From the NCBI GenBank assembly GCA_038087875.1, contig CM075987.1:19470001-19534000 (forward strand): DNA of 64,000 nt, given 5' to 3'. A program made the position numbers and the translations under genes. Of the stretch, positions 28,875-42,744 are shown piece after piece (positions within the stretch are counted from its first letter, which is position 1; every line of letters begins with the position of its first letter). Source of the stretch: Malacoraja senta. Its lineage: Eukaryota. Under the pieces are notes generated by a model. The model did no database searches, was not told the DNA's origin, and worked only from the letters and a program-made list of their open reading frames with translations.

Positions 28875-29055
28875 AGACTCCTGGGAACGTCACGCCCAGT
28901 GCCTAGTGGGTAATGTAGTCCCAGCAACCGGAAGTACTTTCGAAGACCGGAAATGTCCGTCTGCCAGAACCTTCCTCCCCGTTGTTAATGCGCAACGTAG
29001 CTCGGAGTAGAAAGACGGTTGTCACCTGAACTGAAGAGTGAGAATCGCAGGAGGA
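28875..29055 (+). promoter_or_regulatory. C9orf78: C9orf78 promoter / 5' UTR
   Basis: ACTACATTACCCA on minus at 28907-28919; two ETS/GABP-type sites, ACCGGAAGT (28927) and ACCGGAAAT (28946); CpG-rich, just upstream of the ATG at 29056. Confidence 0.75.
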
Positions 29056-29135
29056 ATGCCGGCGGGGAAAAGTTACAGGAAGAGGCGAGAGGAGGAGTCG
29101 GACGAAGAAGATGAGCAGAGGGTGGTGGAGGTCAG
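29056..29135 (+). CDS. C9orf78: C9orf78 exon 1 (MPAGKSYRKRREEESDEEDEQRVVEVR)
   Basis: ATG and donor AG|GTAGGA. Confidence 0.92.
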
Positions 29136-30972
29136 GTAGGAGCAGATACTCCGCTGGTCAACAGGAAAACAGTCCAGCCCGGGCTTTGGCTGAACCACTG
29201 ATTAATGCAGGCAGGCTCCCTACAACTTCTCGACATCTAAAATAGGCCTTGATTTGAAGGAGGGTCGCGACCCAAAACATCGTTTGTCCATTCTCACCAC
29301 AGATAGACACAAAAAGTTGGAGTAACTCAGCGGGACAGGCAGCCTCTTCTGAGAGTCAGGGGAATGGGAAACTATATATATAATAGATGGTGATATAGAG
29401 AGATATAGAACAAACGAATGAAAGATATACAATGAGACTAAAAAAGATGACTGAAGCTTGTACACGACTTGGATGGGGGAGGGACGGAGAGAGAGAGAGA
29501 GTGTTGCAAGGGTTAAGGGCCTGTCCCACCATCATGAAGTTAGAGAAATCCATATTCATACCACTGGGTTGTAAACTGTCCTCCACAGATGCTGCCTGCC
29601 CCGCTGAGTTCCTCCTGCTCATCGATTTAAATGTAACTGCCCTATACTTCATCCAGTCTTCATCCTCAAAATATCCATCAGCTTGGAGAAATTGGGAAAA
29701 GTTACTACTTTTCCTGTAATATGTCCTATATATTGATAATCCTGTCTGTTTAATGGTGATTTAGATATGGGAAGCATGGAGACATATTCTCTCATTAATT
29801 GACTGACACATCAAGGTTGCATAGAGAAAATGAAGACACTAGGAACTGCAGATACTGAAATCTTGAGTAAAACACTACTCGAGTAACTTAGTAAGTCAGG
29901 TAATGTCTGTGGAAAGAATGGATGTGATATTTCAGGTCAGGAGCCTTCTTCAAACCAGAAAGTGAAGACATTGAGATACTGAAATTGGTTATGTTGTGTT
30001 TGAAACTATCTTTTCCAACCACAAATTGAAATCCTCATAAGTCTCCTAGAAAATGTCTATGAACAAGCCAGGCTATTTACAGAGGCATTGTTATTAATGA
30101 CCCTGGAATGAAGTTGGGATCTCATGTTTCCCTCGATTAGACAGATTATATTATCTTTGACTTTGCGCAGACTGCTTCTGCTTCAGTTTATGTTGTAAAA
30201 CCGTCATTTCAGACCTACCTTCCCTCTACATTTGAGAATCCCAGTGCATTTCCCTTCTAACTCTTTCATTCTCTTCTCTGTAAACATGAAGTCATCCATA
30301 AATCTGTTGTCCATGTCCTAATTTGTACCAAATTCTATTTGTCCATCACCTCTATTTTTGCTGACTAACATTGGCTCTTGGTTGTTACAACTCTTGCCAT
30401 GTATTTAGATCCCCACATGTCTGCACTTTTCCACAACCTTTTCAGTTATTAGCATTTCTCTGATTCTGGCCTTTTGTTCCATAAATTTAGTAATCCTATC
30501 ATTCAGCTGCCAAGACTGTAAATTCAAGTCGGAAGAAGGGTCTTGAATAGAAACATAGGCTTTCCATTTCCTCCACGGATGCTGCGTGAGCCGCTGAGTT
30601 CCTCCAGCACTTTGTGTTGGTTTTTTTGTCAACTAGCATTTGTAGTTCCTTGTATCTCTAAATACAAGATGTTGTTGTGCATGACACACAGTTGTGTGGT
30701 CAATCGGTCAATGTTTCCGGGTTACTGATCTCTACTGCTTTGTAGCAATTTAGCTTCGGGCATTGTAATAACAGGTCATGTTTTTATCAGTTATATTTCT
30801 TTTCTTTGCTTTCTCAAGTTTGATGGAGACATGGAGCCTCAGTCAATGATTCTGATTGACATGCAATCTATATAGTTATGCTTTCAAAACATTTTGTGCA
30901 GATCTTGATGTTTTTTTATTTATAACAAAACAGTGTTCCGAATCAGTTTTTGTAAATCTTCTTGTTTACTAG

Positions 30973-31032
30973 GTCAAAACTAGACGAACTGAAGGAAATT
31001 CAGAGTTTAAGGAAGAGACAAAATGGAGTGAG
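30973..31032 (+). CDS. C9orf78: C9orf78 exon 2 (SKLDELKEIQSLRKRQNGVS)
   Basis: AG/GT bounded, 60 nt. Confidence 0.94.
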
Positions 31033-31848
31033 GTAGGTACAATTCACGTGGTGTGAAAAGAGTGTGTGAGTATTACATACAAGGTGTGTGCACCAAATTA
31101 CATGCCTAGTTTACAAATAAATTATTTTATTTGGTGGAGCCAGTGAAAATGGATTTAGGAGGTGCCACGTCAGCTAGTTGTATCTGCCAACACAGTTCCT
31201 TTTTGGCGTGGTACCCAAAGGTGGGTGAGGTTTTAAATGTTAGTGACTGTAATATGATTACATTTGAAATATAAAAAATCACAAATAATAAAGAACCCCA
31301 GAATAAATAACTCGATTTTAACTGTTTGCTAAACCTTGGCAAAGTGGGCCTATGCAGTTTGAAGGCGGAGGAACTTCCTACAAGGAGGTGAGTCCAATGG
31401 ATCAATGAGTATACATGTAAAGCACATATTCCAAGTTTAAAGACTTGGTCTGAAGAAAGGACCCAACCCAAAACGTCATCTGTCCATTCCCTCTACAGAT
31501 GCTGCATGTCTGGCGGAATTCCTCAAACCATCCTTTGTGCTTTGCTCAAAATTTTAACATCTGCACTTCCTTTGTCTCCCAAGTATAAAGCCTGTGCTAT
31601 TTAATAAAATAAAATTTTCAAGCCATTCATAAAAATAGGTGAAAATAGATATGATCTTTAAAGCAAATGTTGCAAAATTAATTCTGATTCCTACTCAAAG
31701 GCATATTTGGAACATTTGTCTCTCTCTATCGCTATTGTTGATCTCTTTGACCAAACTCTTGGTCACCTAATATTCCTGTGTCTGATTAATGGCAGATTTT
31801 GTAATATGCCAGCCTGCCTTAAGTCAACTCTTTCTCTGCCTGTCACAG

Positions 31849-31900
31849 TGCTGCCGCCCTGCTGGTTGGGGAACAAACACCGGAAGAAACTTCAAATGTG
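31849..31900 (+). CDS. C9orf78: C9orf78 exon 3 (AAALLVGEQTPEETSNV)
   Basis: AG/GT bounded, 52 nt. Confidence 0.93.
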
Positions 31901-32858
31901 GTAAGTTGTTACGTTGTTTGTCAATGTCACTGCAGCTATATAGAGAAGGGTCTGTTTATTTAAAACATGAGGCAAAATATAAAGCATAAGCTCTGGAGAT
32001 TATTGCAGTTTAGTCAATGTTACCAAAGATGCGGTGCCACAGTTATCACTGTTATATAACCATAGAGCACAACAGTAAGGCATTTATTCTGTGGTCCCTT
32101 TCCAGCTCTTTGACAGTTATTCATCTAAATCCACCCCCATCTTCTGTCATTATCGTGTAAATTTTACTCCAGGAAATAACTTGTAGACAGTAATTGCAGG
32201 TGAAATAGCACCAAAGGGTCTTAGTGCTCATGAATACATTTGTGTGCCAGAGTAACTGGCCAAGGGCAGATGCATCACGACTTCATCCACTGTTATACTT
32301 CCTTATTAGTAAATACATTGCCGCACTTGTATGTACACCTGGCAATAGATCCACCTGAAATGTAATAGTTGCTCATGAGTTAGTCCACCAACTGCCTGGA
32401 TGCCTTGGACAGGTACATAAATAGGAAAGATTTAGAGGGATATGGATCGAATGCGATAAGGTGAGACTTGCGTAGATGGGGCATCTTGGTTGGCATGGAC
32501 AATTTGGGCCAAAGAGACTGTTTCCATGCGATGTGACTGACTCAAAGTGTAGCAAATAAATGTTGTATAGGTTTCTTCCATCAAAATTCTACTCGGAACA
32601 TGAATTTTCATCAATGTTTGCATTTTCCCTCCGGATCTTTCTTGGCACTACCGTCACCCTCTTGTACAGCACAGGTGACTGTTTACATGACCAATGTGTA
32701 TAAAAGCAAATAGTGAATTCACTGAGATTGTTATAATTTGTCACAGAGCTGGGATGTTAACCTGACTGCTTTACCCGGGTTGGGGGGGGGGAGAAAACTT
32801 GCAAGAGAATATTTTTGTTTAGCATCTGTTTTGCAGCATTTTTTTCCCTTTTGGATAG

Positions 32859-32929
32859 GATGACCCCTTTAAACTGAAGACGGGAGGTATGATTGATATG
32901 AAGATCCTGAAGGACCGAAAGCGAGAAAA
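32859..32929 (+). CDS. C9orf78: C9orf78 exon 4 (DDPFKLKTGGMIDMKILKDRKRE)
   Basis: AG/GT bounded, 71 nt. Confidence 0.94.
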
Positions 32930-34431
32930 GTGAGGAATCGGAAAAGCCATTTATTTGTTCATTTCATTATTATATACAATAATATAGCCCAGCAGTCAGC
33001 CTTTCAGCCCGTGCTGCTTCGACATGGTGTTTTTAAATAAAGCTATACTTGAGGCCCAAATAAAGCCTGTTGCAGCTTTTAGACTAAATAGCAATCATAT
33101 AACTATATGCTTTGTCATACCCACCAGTATGGTTATTTAGGTGGATTTATGCTGTTTCTGTGGTATAGAAGAATATGTAGCTTTACTGTTTTTATTTTCC
33201 ATTCATTCACCCAAATGACAAAAAAAATGCAAAGTACATAAAACAGAAGTTTTGTTCATTTAAGATGTCTGAAAAAGGAACAAACTACATGGACTAAAAC
33301 TCCTATAATCTGCTATCTGCATGTTTGGAAATTACTATAGCCTAATATTTGGCTCACCTGATTGTGTTTGCTGTACGCCCTTTATACTGGCCAGGGTCCC
33401 ATTTTGCCACACTCCATTCAAACTTGCCTGCTTCATTAGAAAAATTATCATTTTACAGCGGCACCCTTTTTCTTGTAATAAAGGTGAATTGGAGAAATGT
33501 TGATGTACTAATAGGAGCAATACCCAACTGTCCAAAAAAAAGTGCCAGTTCTGCACCACAGTGTCGAAGGTGCTGAATTATCGGAGTTTACTGTAATGTG
33601 AAGGGCAGAAGGCAGTGAAGTACAACTCGTGCCTCCTGTGCCACCTGGCAAGCTGGTGTGAGGTGCCTTAGTATAATTTAGACTTGACGCCTCTTTTCCC
33701 TCCTACCCCTTCCCCACCACATCTCTCCTTATACCTCCATTCATAGAACGGTACCGCATGGGAACAGACCTTTCAGTCCAGGTCGAACATGACTAAGTTA
33801 AAGTGATCTCTCTCTTGCCTACATGTGATCCATGTGTCTATCCAAAAGCCTCTTTAATGCTATTATTGTATCTACCTGCACCACAACCCTGGCAGTGCAT
33901 TCCAGGCGCCCACCAATATGGGTAAAAGCAACTTGCCCTGCACATCTCTCTTAACTTCTGCTCCCCTCACCTTAAACCTATGCCCCCCTAGTCTTTGACA
34001 TTTTCATCCTGGCAGGAAAAGGGCTCCATCTATCTTATCTAGCCCTCTCATAATTTTTTATAACCTCTATCAGGTCTCTCCTCAGCCTCCAACACTCCAG
34101 AGAAAATAATCCAAGATTATCCAACATGTCCTTATAGCTACCTTCCTGCCTTTAACCTGTCTGAAAGCACTTGGCCTATTTTCTGCACTCTTCTGCAACT
34201 TTGGGAAAGTGTTAAGAATGAAATGCAATCTATCAGCCCTTGGTATCTGTTGCAGGCATTGTGATGATCATTATAAACTCGCCAATCTTGCAATTGTGCC
34301 AATGGAGTCCAGAAGTGCCATTGAAGCAGAATATTGATTAAGTTTGGGAAGTAATTGTGTAACTGACCCTTTTACTGCAGTCACAATGTATTTGGTTCCT
34401 AGAAACTGACCTTTTATTTTCCCTTTTCCAG

Positions 34432-34512
34432 GGTAGAGGAGGAAGACACAGACTTGAACTTGGGCACATCATTTTCGGTGGAGACCAATAGACGTGACGA
34501 GGATGCTGACAT
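34432..34512 (+). CDS. C9orf78: C9orf78 exon 5 (VEEEDTDLNLGTSFSVETNRRDEDAD)
   Basis: AG/GT bounded, 81 nt. Confidence 0.94.
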
Positions 34513-35654
34513 GTATGTTTGGCCTTACGTGGCACATTTTTGAAATGAAAAATAGCCTTTTCCCAGAAAACAAAAAACTGTAGGTGTTTGTAATTTGAGA
34601 TCAAAACAGAAAATGTGGGCTCATCCTCCTGTCTTTGGCTAGTGCACTTTATCCATTGTCTTGCAATTTATTTCAATTATTTATCTGGTTCCCTTTTGTA
34701 AATTAATATTCAATTTGCTTTCCCGCTCTTTAGTTAATGAATTCCAAATCAGAACTTGTAATTTTTAAACAAAAACAAAAAAACTTTTGATAGTTACTGT
34801 TAATCCTGCTCTCCCAAGTTATTGACGCTTTTCCTGGTGGAAATGCTTTTATATTATTCACTACATCAAAACCTGTCATAATTTTACAACTTTTTAAATC
34901 TTGTCTTCCTTTTTGAACTACATCTGCTGCATTGTCCCTCTGCAATATCAACTCTGTTGTATCATCCTGGTACATTTCTAAGGCCGGGCATCCCATTTAA
35001 TGTTAAAAAATAAGGAGGACAGATACGTTGCTTGCTATATTGATGTTTCTTCCATGGGCATTGGAGAATGCCAAAAGTGGATGGATCTAATTGCTGTTAA
35101 ACTTCAAATACAGGACAGTAAGAATCTTAACCTGTCATTGCATACTAAGCACAACACAAAATGCGAGAGTACCTCAGCGGGTCAGGAAGCTCCAGTGGAG
35201 AGAAAGGAGCGATGAGGTTTCAAGTCACGTCCCTTCTTCAGAATGACTGTCATGTGGGAGAAAGCTGGAAAAGAGCTTTTGGGGGCAGAACAAAGCCTGG
35301 CAAATGAAAGGTGGATACAGGGGTTACGGCTGCGATTGGGTGGAGTAAATGACAAAGACTACAGTGAAAAGTCGATAAAAGGGCGTCGGATAAGGAGGAG
35401 TGAAATATAAAGACAATATTGGGGGAAGATGAGGCAGGATAGTTGGAAAAATGATGGGGGTGGGACACGGGAAACTGAGAGGGTGAGGGGGAATATTGCT
35501 TGAAATTGAAGAATTCAGTGTTGATATCTTTGGGTTGTCAGCTACTCGAGTGTATGATGTGCTGTTGCTCCAGTTTGTGTTTGGCCTTCATCTGGTAATG
35601 AAGGCAGCCCAGGACAGAAAGGTCGGATATATTGATCCCTTTGCTTCGTCTCAG

Positions 35655-35852
35655 GATGAAGTATATTGAGACGGAATTAAGGAGGAGGAAAGGAATCCTG
35701 GAAAATGAGGAACAGAAGACAAAGGTGAAAAATCCAGAAGATCAGCTCTATGAACTGCCTGATAATATCAATGTTTCGTCTGCCAAGCGTACAGAAGAAA
35801 TGCTATCCAATCAGATGCTAAGTGGCATTCCAGAGGTTGATCTGGGGATCGA
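35655..35852 (+). CDS. C9orf78: C9orf78 exon 6 (MKYIETELRRRKG...PEVDLGI)
   Basis: AG/GT bounded, 198 nt. Confidence 0.96.
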
Positions 35853-37299
35853 GTAAGTGTTGAATATTTCTTTTGTCCCAGTGAGAGCCATTTGAAATCT
35901 CCCTGAAAATCCTGGTTACCATGGTTCCTATTGCAAAATACACTTCATCCAGAGAACTACTCCATCTCATTGGCCTACAAGGGTTAGCAGCGATAATCAT
36001 AACAACAGATAATAAATTACAGAATTTATCTTGCTTTAGCCAAAATGTTCGAAAGAATGGATACATTTTGCCAATTATTTAACATGGTTAGATGCAATAT
36101 ATTGTAGATGCTCAATCATAAGTCCCATTGATGCAGAAATGTTTGGGTAGACCTTTCTTTGTCATTAATTAAATCGATTGAAAAATGCAGCATGGAACCA
36201 GGCCCTTTGGCCTACCGAAACCATTCCGACCATCACTCATTCACACTAGTTCCATGTAATCCATATTCTCATCCATCCACTTTCCATTGGGGGTAATTTA
36301 CAGAGGCCAATCAACCTACAAACCAGCATATCTTTTTGTTGTGGAAGGAAACCGGAGCACTCGGAGGAACCCCATGTGGTCATAGGGAGAACATGCAAAC
36401 TCTGCACAGAGGTTAGAATTGAACCCAGATCTATCTTTCTGTGAGGCTGCACACTGTGCTGTACCTATCATTGTAACTGGGATGAATTTTACACACTTTA
36501 TTTGCGGTATGTACTTCTCTTCGTTCACTGCAGTCTTCTGGGGGGGAAAAGGTATTTTCTGCAGTTTTGATCACCTTGCAGTGGTTTAGAGATTCTATTT
36601 GACTAGATTTATTAAATGGACACCTACTTTACTCCTGCCCTGAACTCAATGACTGACACGGAGGCAATAAGCACGAGAAATGGGACTGGAATTCCATGTT
36701 CTGCTAATATGAGATTCTCTGTAAATATTCATTTGTGAATCTACCCACTCTATCCATTGAATTTGCCCACAAAATCATTTTGAGGCATTCCTAAACTTCT
36801 GTAATCCAGAATTCTTTTTAACTAGTCTCTTTTAAAAACTGACTTATTTCTGGACGCTACCTTCCTTTCAGATGGTCTGTTCTACACTTACCACTGTTTG
36901 AAAAATTGTTGGCTGAATTTCCATTTAATTATATTCTTTCTCTGAAATGTGATCCTATGTTCTTTAATTTTGTACTTTTGCATAAGGAAACGTGATTTTC
37001 AGTTTTTTTTTTTTAAAGTAAAACCAATTCAACAAACCAATGATGTGTATATGTTGATACATTGACTTTGCATTGCTGCACAAATGGGAACTTATTCAAG
37101 ACCATGTATGCTCAGGAAGCCTGAATTTACTTGTCCAATTGCTTCACTATGTTTTCCCTACGGTCCTGAAAATATTTTCATTTCAACTATTTATCCCTTT
37201 AGAAATTCCTTCAACCATTCTTTTAGACAGTGTGTGTCAGATTTTCATCTACTGCATGATATTTTTTTCCTTAAATTGTTATGTTCTTTTATTTTTAAG

Positions 37300-37436
37300 T
37301 GCAAAAATAAAGAATATTATCAGCACTGAAGAGGCAAAAGCCCTGCTCTTGGCTGAACAACGCAACAAAAAGAAGGATAACAGCACCTCCTTTGTGCCCA
37401 CGAATATTGCAGTCAACTATGTTCAGCATAACCGGT
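37300..37436 (+). CDS. C9orf78: C9orf78 exon 7 (AKIKNIISTEEAK...NYVQHNR)
   Basis: AG/GT bounded, 137 nt. Confidence 0.95.
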
Positions 37437-38809
37437 GTAAGTAAAACCTACTTAATTACTAAAAGTGCTGGAGGAATGCACCGAGCTGGACTGCATCTGT
37501 GGAGGGAATGGACAGACAACATTATGTGTCAGGATCCCACAGACTGCATTATAATATTGGGATTGGTATTGAGTGAGCGGGAGGCAGCGTGTTCGGAGAA
37601 AGAGGTTAGAGTGGGTAAGCAAAATGAATAAGGCGAGACAGTTGATATTGAGCATATATGCTGCCTGACCCACTGCGTTCCTCCAGCACTTTGTTTTTAG
37701 CTTGAGATTTCAGCACCTGCGGTTTTTGTAGATGTAAAGCAAAAGCAAGAAGACTTAATATGCCAGAAACATGAAATAAAGGGAATCTTAGTAGCCCGGC
37801 CAACAATCTTCTTGCCACCAATCAGTCAATTTTGTCTTTGGGATCTCACTGTGTACGCTCTCATTTTGCATTCAATGCAACTGCTCCACATCAAAGTTAT
37901 TACACCTTTTGAGATGCAGGATAAGCTATTGTTTGAATGCTAGCCTGCCACAACATCAGTTTAAATCCAGAAGTACCAACTATTTTGTGGGACTGAATTC
38001 GTACATGGCCTTACATATTAGTGACCCCTGAATGTATGGAGTGATGCCCGTAATACCAGCCACACCCTCAGAATGCTCAGATATTCACTTAATGCAGTCA
38101 TTGTATTATGAATTTCCAGATTCAAAGATCTTGTCCGAAAACCAAAAAGACCTGAGAGTAAATAGATTGTGTTCTTGTCTGTTAGGAACTGATTGCACAG
38201 TAAGGAGAGGGCATTGGGTGATTATCCAGTTCTTGTCAGAGATTTTATTTTAAACACTTGTTAGCTTCCAAACCTGACCTATCTCAAGGACACACACAAT
38301 GCCCCTAAATGGTGCTGCCTTGTGTTTTTACTGCTGATGAGTGAGTAGTTTAATTATCTTCGGGTCACCAGAAGAAATCAGAGGTACTTGGCTGCGTAGT
38401 TTTCTCTTTGTTTCGCTCTCTCCCGAGAGTTTACAGTGGTGTGGAGAAAGAGAGAGGTGTTAAGTTAACAACGATCCAGTCATCAGCTGTGAGACGGACC
38501 TGATGGACCAACCTAACTTATCTTGCCTGCCAGTTTCCTAGGTCCTATATAACCAAGTGCAACCTCATGCAATTTGTATTTGTCAGTCAAAAAATAAGGA
38601 TCTTGGCAGCGAAAAGTTGTTTTCTCCACTGCAATGGGAACTAAATTAGTTTTCCGTTATTAGTCAATTGAGACATCTGGTTCTAAGGGTTGTTGCTGAT
38701 ACAGACAATTGAATTCCATGTTCAATACAGGTTTTAAAACTGTATGCAGTTGCTTTTTTGGCCAACTGTATGGAACTGCTTTCAGCATTGCTGTTTTGTT
38801 CTCCTGTAG

Positions 38810-38908
38810 TCTACCGAGAGGAATTGCATGCACCTGCAAAACGCCATAAAGAGGAAGCCAAACCTCGGCCCTTGCGAGTGGGAGACACTGATAAACCGGA
38901 GCCTGAAC
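38810..38908 (+). CDS. C9orf78: C9orf78 exon 8 (YREELHAPAKRHKEEAKPRPLRVGDTDKPEPE)
   Basis: AG/GT bounded, 99 nt. Confidence 0.95.
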
Positions 38909-39617
38909 GTAAGTAACATCTGTCTTAGGAACAGCACAGCAATAGATTACAACAATAAAATAGGGTTAGAATCATTCTAATGATTTGCAACTTAAAATCA
39001 TGGTTAACTGCTTGTAATTACTTTGGGACTTGGTCATGTGCAGTACGCTTTGTCGCTTTCTGTGCTTTGCAGTTATTTAGGGTGGAAGTTCGAAGTTCTG
39101 TTAAAATAACATTTACACTAAAACACTTATTATCTGTAGCTGTCTCCCTCATTAAAATCAACGTGGAAGAACAAATTCTCCACTGTAAATGACAAATGGG
39201 AACTGGTGCAACCCTCATTAGATTCTGAGTTCTCCAATATTGGAGTGCGGTAAAAATAATTACAAACTGCTGACATTTCCCAGCAAAGCAAATGGTCTAT
39301 TATTTACACCCAGATCTTTCCACCTTCAGTGATTTTAAAATTCCTTCTGAAATGTATTCTCTTGCATCTCACTGACAATCATTGTAAGTCCTACTTGATG
39401 TATGCTAAAATACAAATGGGTTTAACCAAACAATATTGTTTGTTTCTATTCTGAGCTTTTTCCACATTAAACAGCACGAGTCCTTTAAAGTACATCACTC
39501 GAATGCTAATATTTATGTTCCATCCCTTTTAAAGAGTGATTATGTGTCAACTATATTGACATACATTTGGATCTATGTCACAACAAAGCTATTAAAATGT
39601 TGCTCTTACATATGCAG

Positions 39618-39709
39618 AAACTCCTCCAAATCGCAAACGGCCTTCAAATGAAAAAGCAACAGATGACTACCATTATGAAAAGTTCAAGAAAATGAGCAGA
39701 AGATACTAA
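39618..39709 (+). CDS. C9orf78: C9orf78 exon 9 (TPPNRKRPSNEKATDDYHYEKFKKMSRRY*)
   Basis: AG acceptor, TAA stop at 39707-39709. Confidence 0.95.
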
Positions 39710-40889
39710 AGAGTGGCTCAAACTATTCCAGGTGTTCGTGTATTTTAAATGTCTTGTGGCGACGAAACTGCAAACCGAATCTGGAAAAGTGAACAGGAGT
39801 TTATGTTTCAAGAGTGAACCTATAATTCTATCCAATGTTTGTCAAAAAGATCAAAACCACAGAATATTGGTATAACGATGCAGACCAAACCACAACCACC
39901 CTGAGAAATGGTCACTCATCACTGTTCTGAACTATTTTCATTGCTTTGTATCTGAGTTGAATGGTGGTGAAAATGTATAGACTTAATAGGTGAGGGAGAA
40001 TTGGAGCACAATAACTTTATTTGACTAGCCTACTCCAGTTTGTTTGACAATTTCCTCATCTGAATTTTGTGTAAAACTTGAATTGCAGGAATGTGGTAGA
40101 ACATAAATCATTAAAAAAAACATGAATACCTTTGGTTCCAGTGCTTCTGTTTGTAAATCTGAGTGATACATTAAAAGCAGCACTGTCACATATAGTGTTC
40201 CACAGTAACACTGCTGTTGTAAAAGCTAGTTAATCTCATCCCTTAAAATAGGATTTGAATTCCTCTATTTTATTCTGCAATTTCGCAAAGATTCTTTAGA
40301 TTAAGTTACGGATTTTTTTTGGGGATTGTATGTAGTGAATGTATCCAAGATAAATTTCTTCTTGAAAGATTTTCTATAAATGCTTTTCTAAATTTAATTT
40401 ACTTGGCCTTTCTGTGTGCAATTGGTACTGTATTTGAGAAATTGTGCTCAGGAAGTTGCAATTTTAGGATAGATGTGAAGGCTTTGGAAAGACTGCAGAA
40501 AATCATTTCAGGGATGATGGATAGACTGGAGAAATTGGGATTGTTTTCTATGATGGAGAGTAGGTTGCAAGTAGATCTTAATAGCATTATTTAAAAAACC
40601 ATGGAGGAAAGACCATTTATTATGTTCTAGGAGCAGAATTTGCTCAATCATGGCGGATCTATCTTTCCCCCCTCAACCCCATTCTTTTGCCTTCTCCCCA
40701 TAACCCGAACACCCTTCCTAATCAATAATCGTGTCAATCTCTGCCTTAAAAATATAGATTGACAAGGCCTCCAAGTTGTTAATTATTCGAGTGTCTCAAA
40801 TGGCTGACAAATTTTGAAATAGCTTGCAGGTCTGGTACATTTAATGTTTAAGTGGGTAAGGCAGTTTTTTAATGCATACTGTCTAGCGT

Positions 40890-42268
40890 CTCTGTACTCC
40901 ACAATTTGTGATTTGCAATAGAAAAAATTACATGTGGTTAAAGTGCACATTCAGATTTTAATAAAGGCCATTTTTATACATTTTGGTTTCACCATGTAGA
41001 AATTAGAGCAGCGTTTATACATACTCCCCCCATTTCAGGGCACCATAATGTTTGGGACACAGCAATGTCATGTAAATGAAAGTCATGTTTAGTATTTTGT
41101 TGCATAGACTTTGCATGCAATGACTGCTTGTAGTCTGTGATTCATGGACATCACCAGTTGCTGGGTGTTTTCTCTGGTGATGCTCTGCCAGGTCTATATT
41201 GCATCCATCTATAGCTGATGCTTGTTTTGGGGGCTAGTCCCCTTCAGTTTTCCCTTCGGCATATAAAAGTGATGCTCAATTGGGTTCAGATTGGGTGATT
41301 GACTTGGCCACTCAAGAATTGACCATTTTTTAGCTTTGGAAAAACTCCTTTGTTGCTTTAGCAGTATGTTTGGAAGCTTTGGATCTTGGGCAGTTCCTTC
41401 TCTCCTCCATACTTTGCTCTTGCCATCACTCTGATATGTTAATCTTCATCTCATCTGCCCACAAGACCTTTTTCCAGAACTGTGGTTGCTCTTTTAACTA
41501 CTTCTTGAAAAACTGTAACCTGGTCATCCTATTTTTGCAGCTAACCAGTGGATTATATCTTGCAGTGTAGCATCAGTATTTCTGTTCATGAAGTCTTCTG
41601 CAGACAGTGGTATTGACAAATCCACAGCTGACTCCTGAAGAGTGTTTCTGATCTGTTGGACAGGTGTTTGGGGATTTTTCTTTATTATAGAGAGAATTCT
41701 TCTGTCATCAGCTGTGGAGGTCTTCCTTGGCCTGCCAGTCCCTTTGCGATTAGTAAGCTCACCAGTGCTCTCTTCTTAATTATGTTCTAAACAGTTGATT
41801 TTGGTAAGCCTGTTTGGCTGATGTCTCTGACAGTTTTACTCTTGTTTCTCATTTTCATAATGGCTTTTTTGACTTTCTTTGGCACAACTTTGGTCCTCAT
41901 GTTGATAAACAACAATAAAAGTTTCCAAAGGTGATGGAAAGACTAGGTGCTGAGAGCTCTCTTATACCTGCATTAAGGAGGCATTTAAACACACCTGAGC
42001 AATTACAAACACCTGTGAAACCATGTGTCCCATGCATTATGGTGCCCTGCAATTGGGGGGACTATGTATAAACACAGCTGTAATTTCTACATGGTGAAGC
42101 AAATGTATAAAAATACCCTTTAATAAAATTGGACAATGCACTGTAACTACATCTGATTTTTTTTCTATTACAAATCTCAAATTGTGGAGTACAATTCTAT
42201 TACAAATCACAAATTGTGGCAAATAAATAAACGATGGGTCTTTTTCCTAAACATTATGGAGGGCACTG
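40890..42268 (-). mobile_element. Tc1-family transposon, internally deleted, left end clipped
   Basis: Long inverted termini (about 40890-41070 and 42020-42268, ending CACTG|TA); decayed WPSQSPNLNPIE. Confidence 0.85.
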
Positions 42269-42744
42269 TAGATTTCTAGTTTGATTTAGAAGAAGCAACA
42301 AACAGATCCTGATTGACAAGCTGAAATCTGTAGCTAGATTACAGAGTAGTAGTACCGGATATAGTCTGTTCATTGAGAGTAGAACCCTTTTCCCTTCAAG
42401 TAAAGGCTACATCTTTAAAGGATTCAAACTGCCAATTGACAGAACGTTCGTGCCCACAATGTCAAATCATTGATGAAAACTATCGGGCCTTAGAGATGTG
42501 GTCTGTTTCCATTCACCAACTGTAGAACACGGTGAAGGACAGTGGACACACATTGGGCGGTGGACAAGTACAAAACAAACTAGGTGAAGATGCAGACCAA
42601 ATGCGTTTACTCTTGGATAGGTCAGGGGAAAGCAGGAGCCAGATTCCAAGAATGAGACTGCAACAGTAAGAGAGCTGCAAGACTATCTCAAGAAGTATTA
42701 AAGGTGAAGCATCCAGGACTTCATTAACTTCACCACCAATTTCC

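Larger units (their letters stand above)
29056..39709 (+). other. C9orf78: C9orf78 gene (splicing factor, Tls1/HCA59 homolog), complete, 289 aa
   Basis: 9 GT-AG exons sum to 870 nt; motifs LSNQMLSGIPEVDLGI and the C-terminal KATDDYHYEKFKK. Confidence 0.96.
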
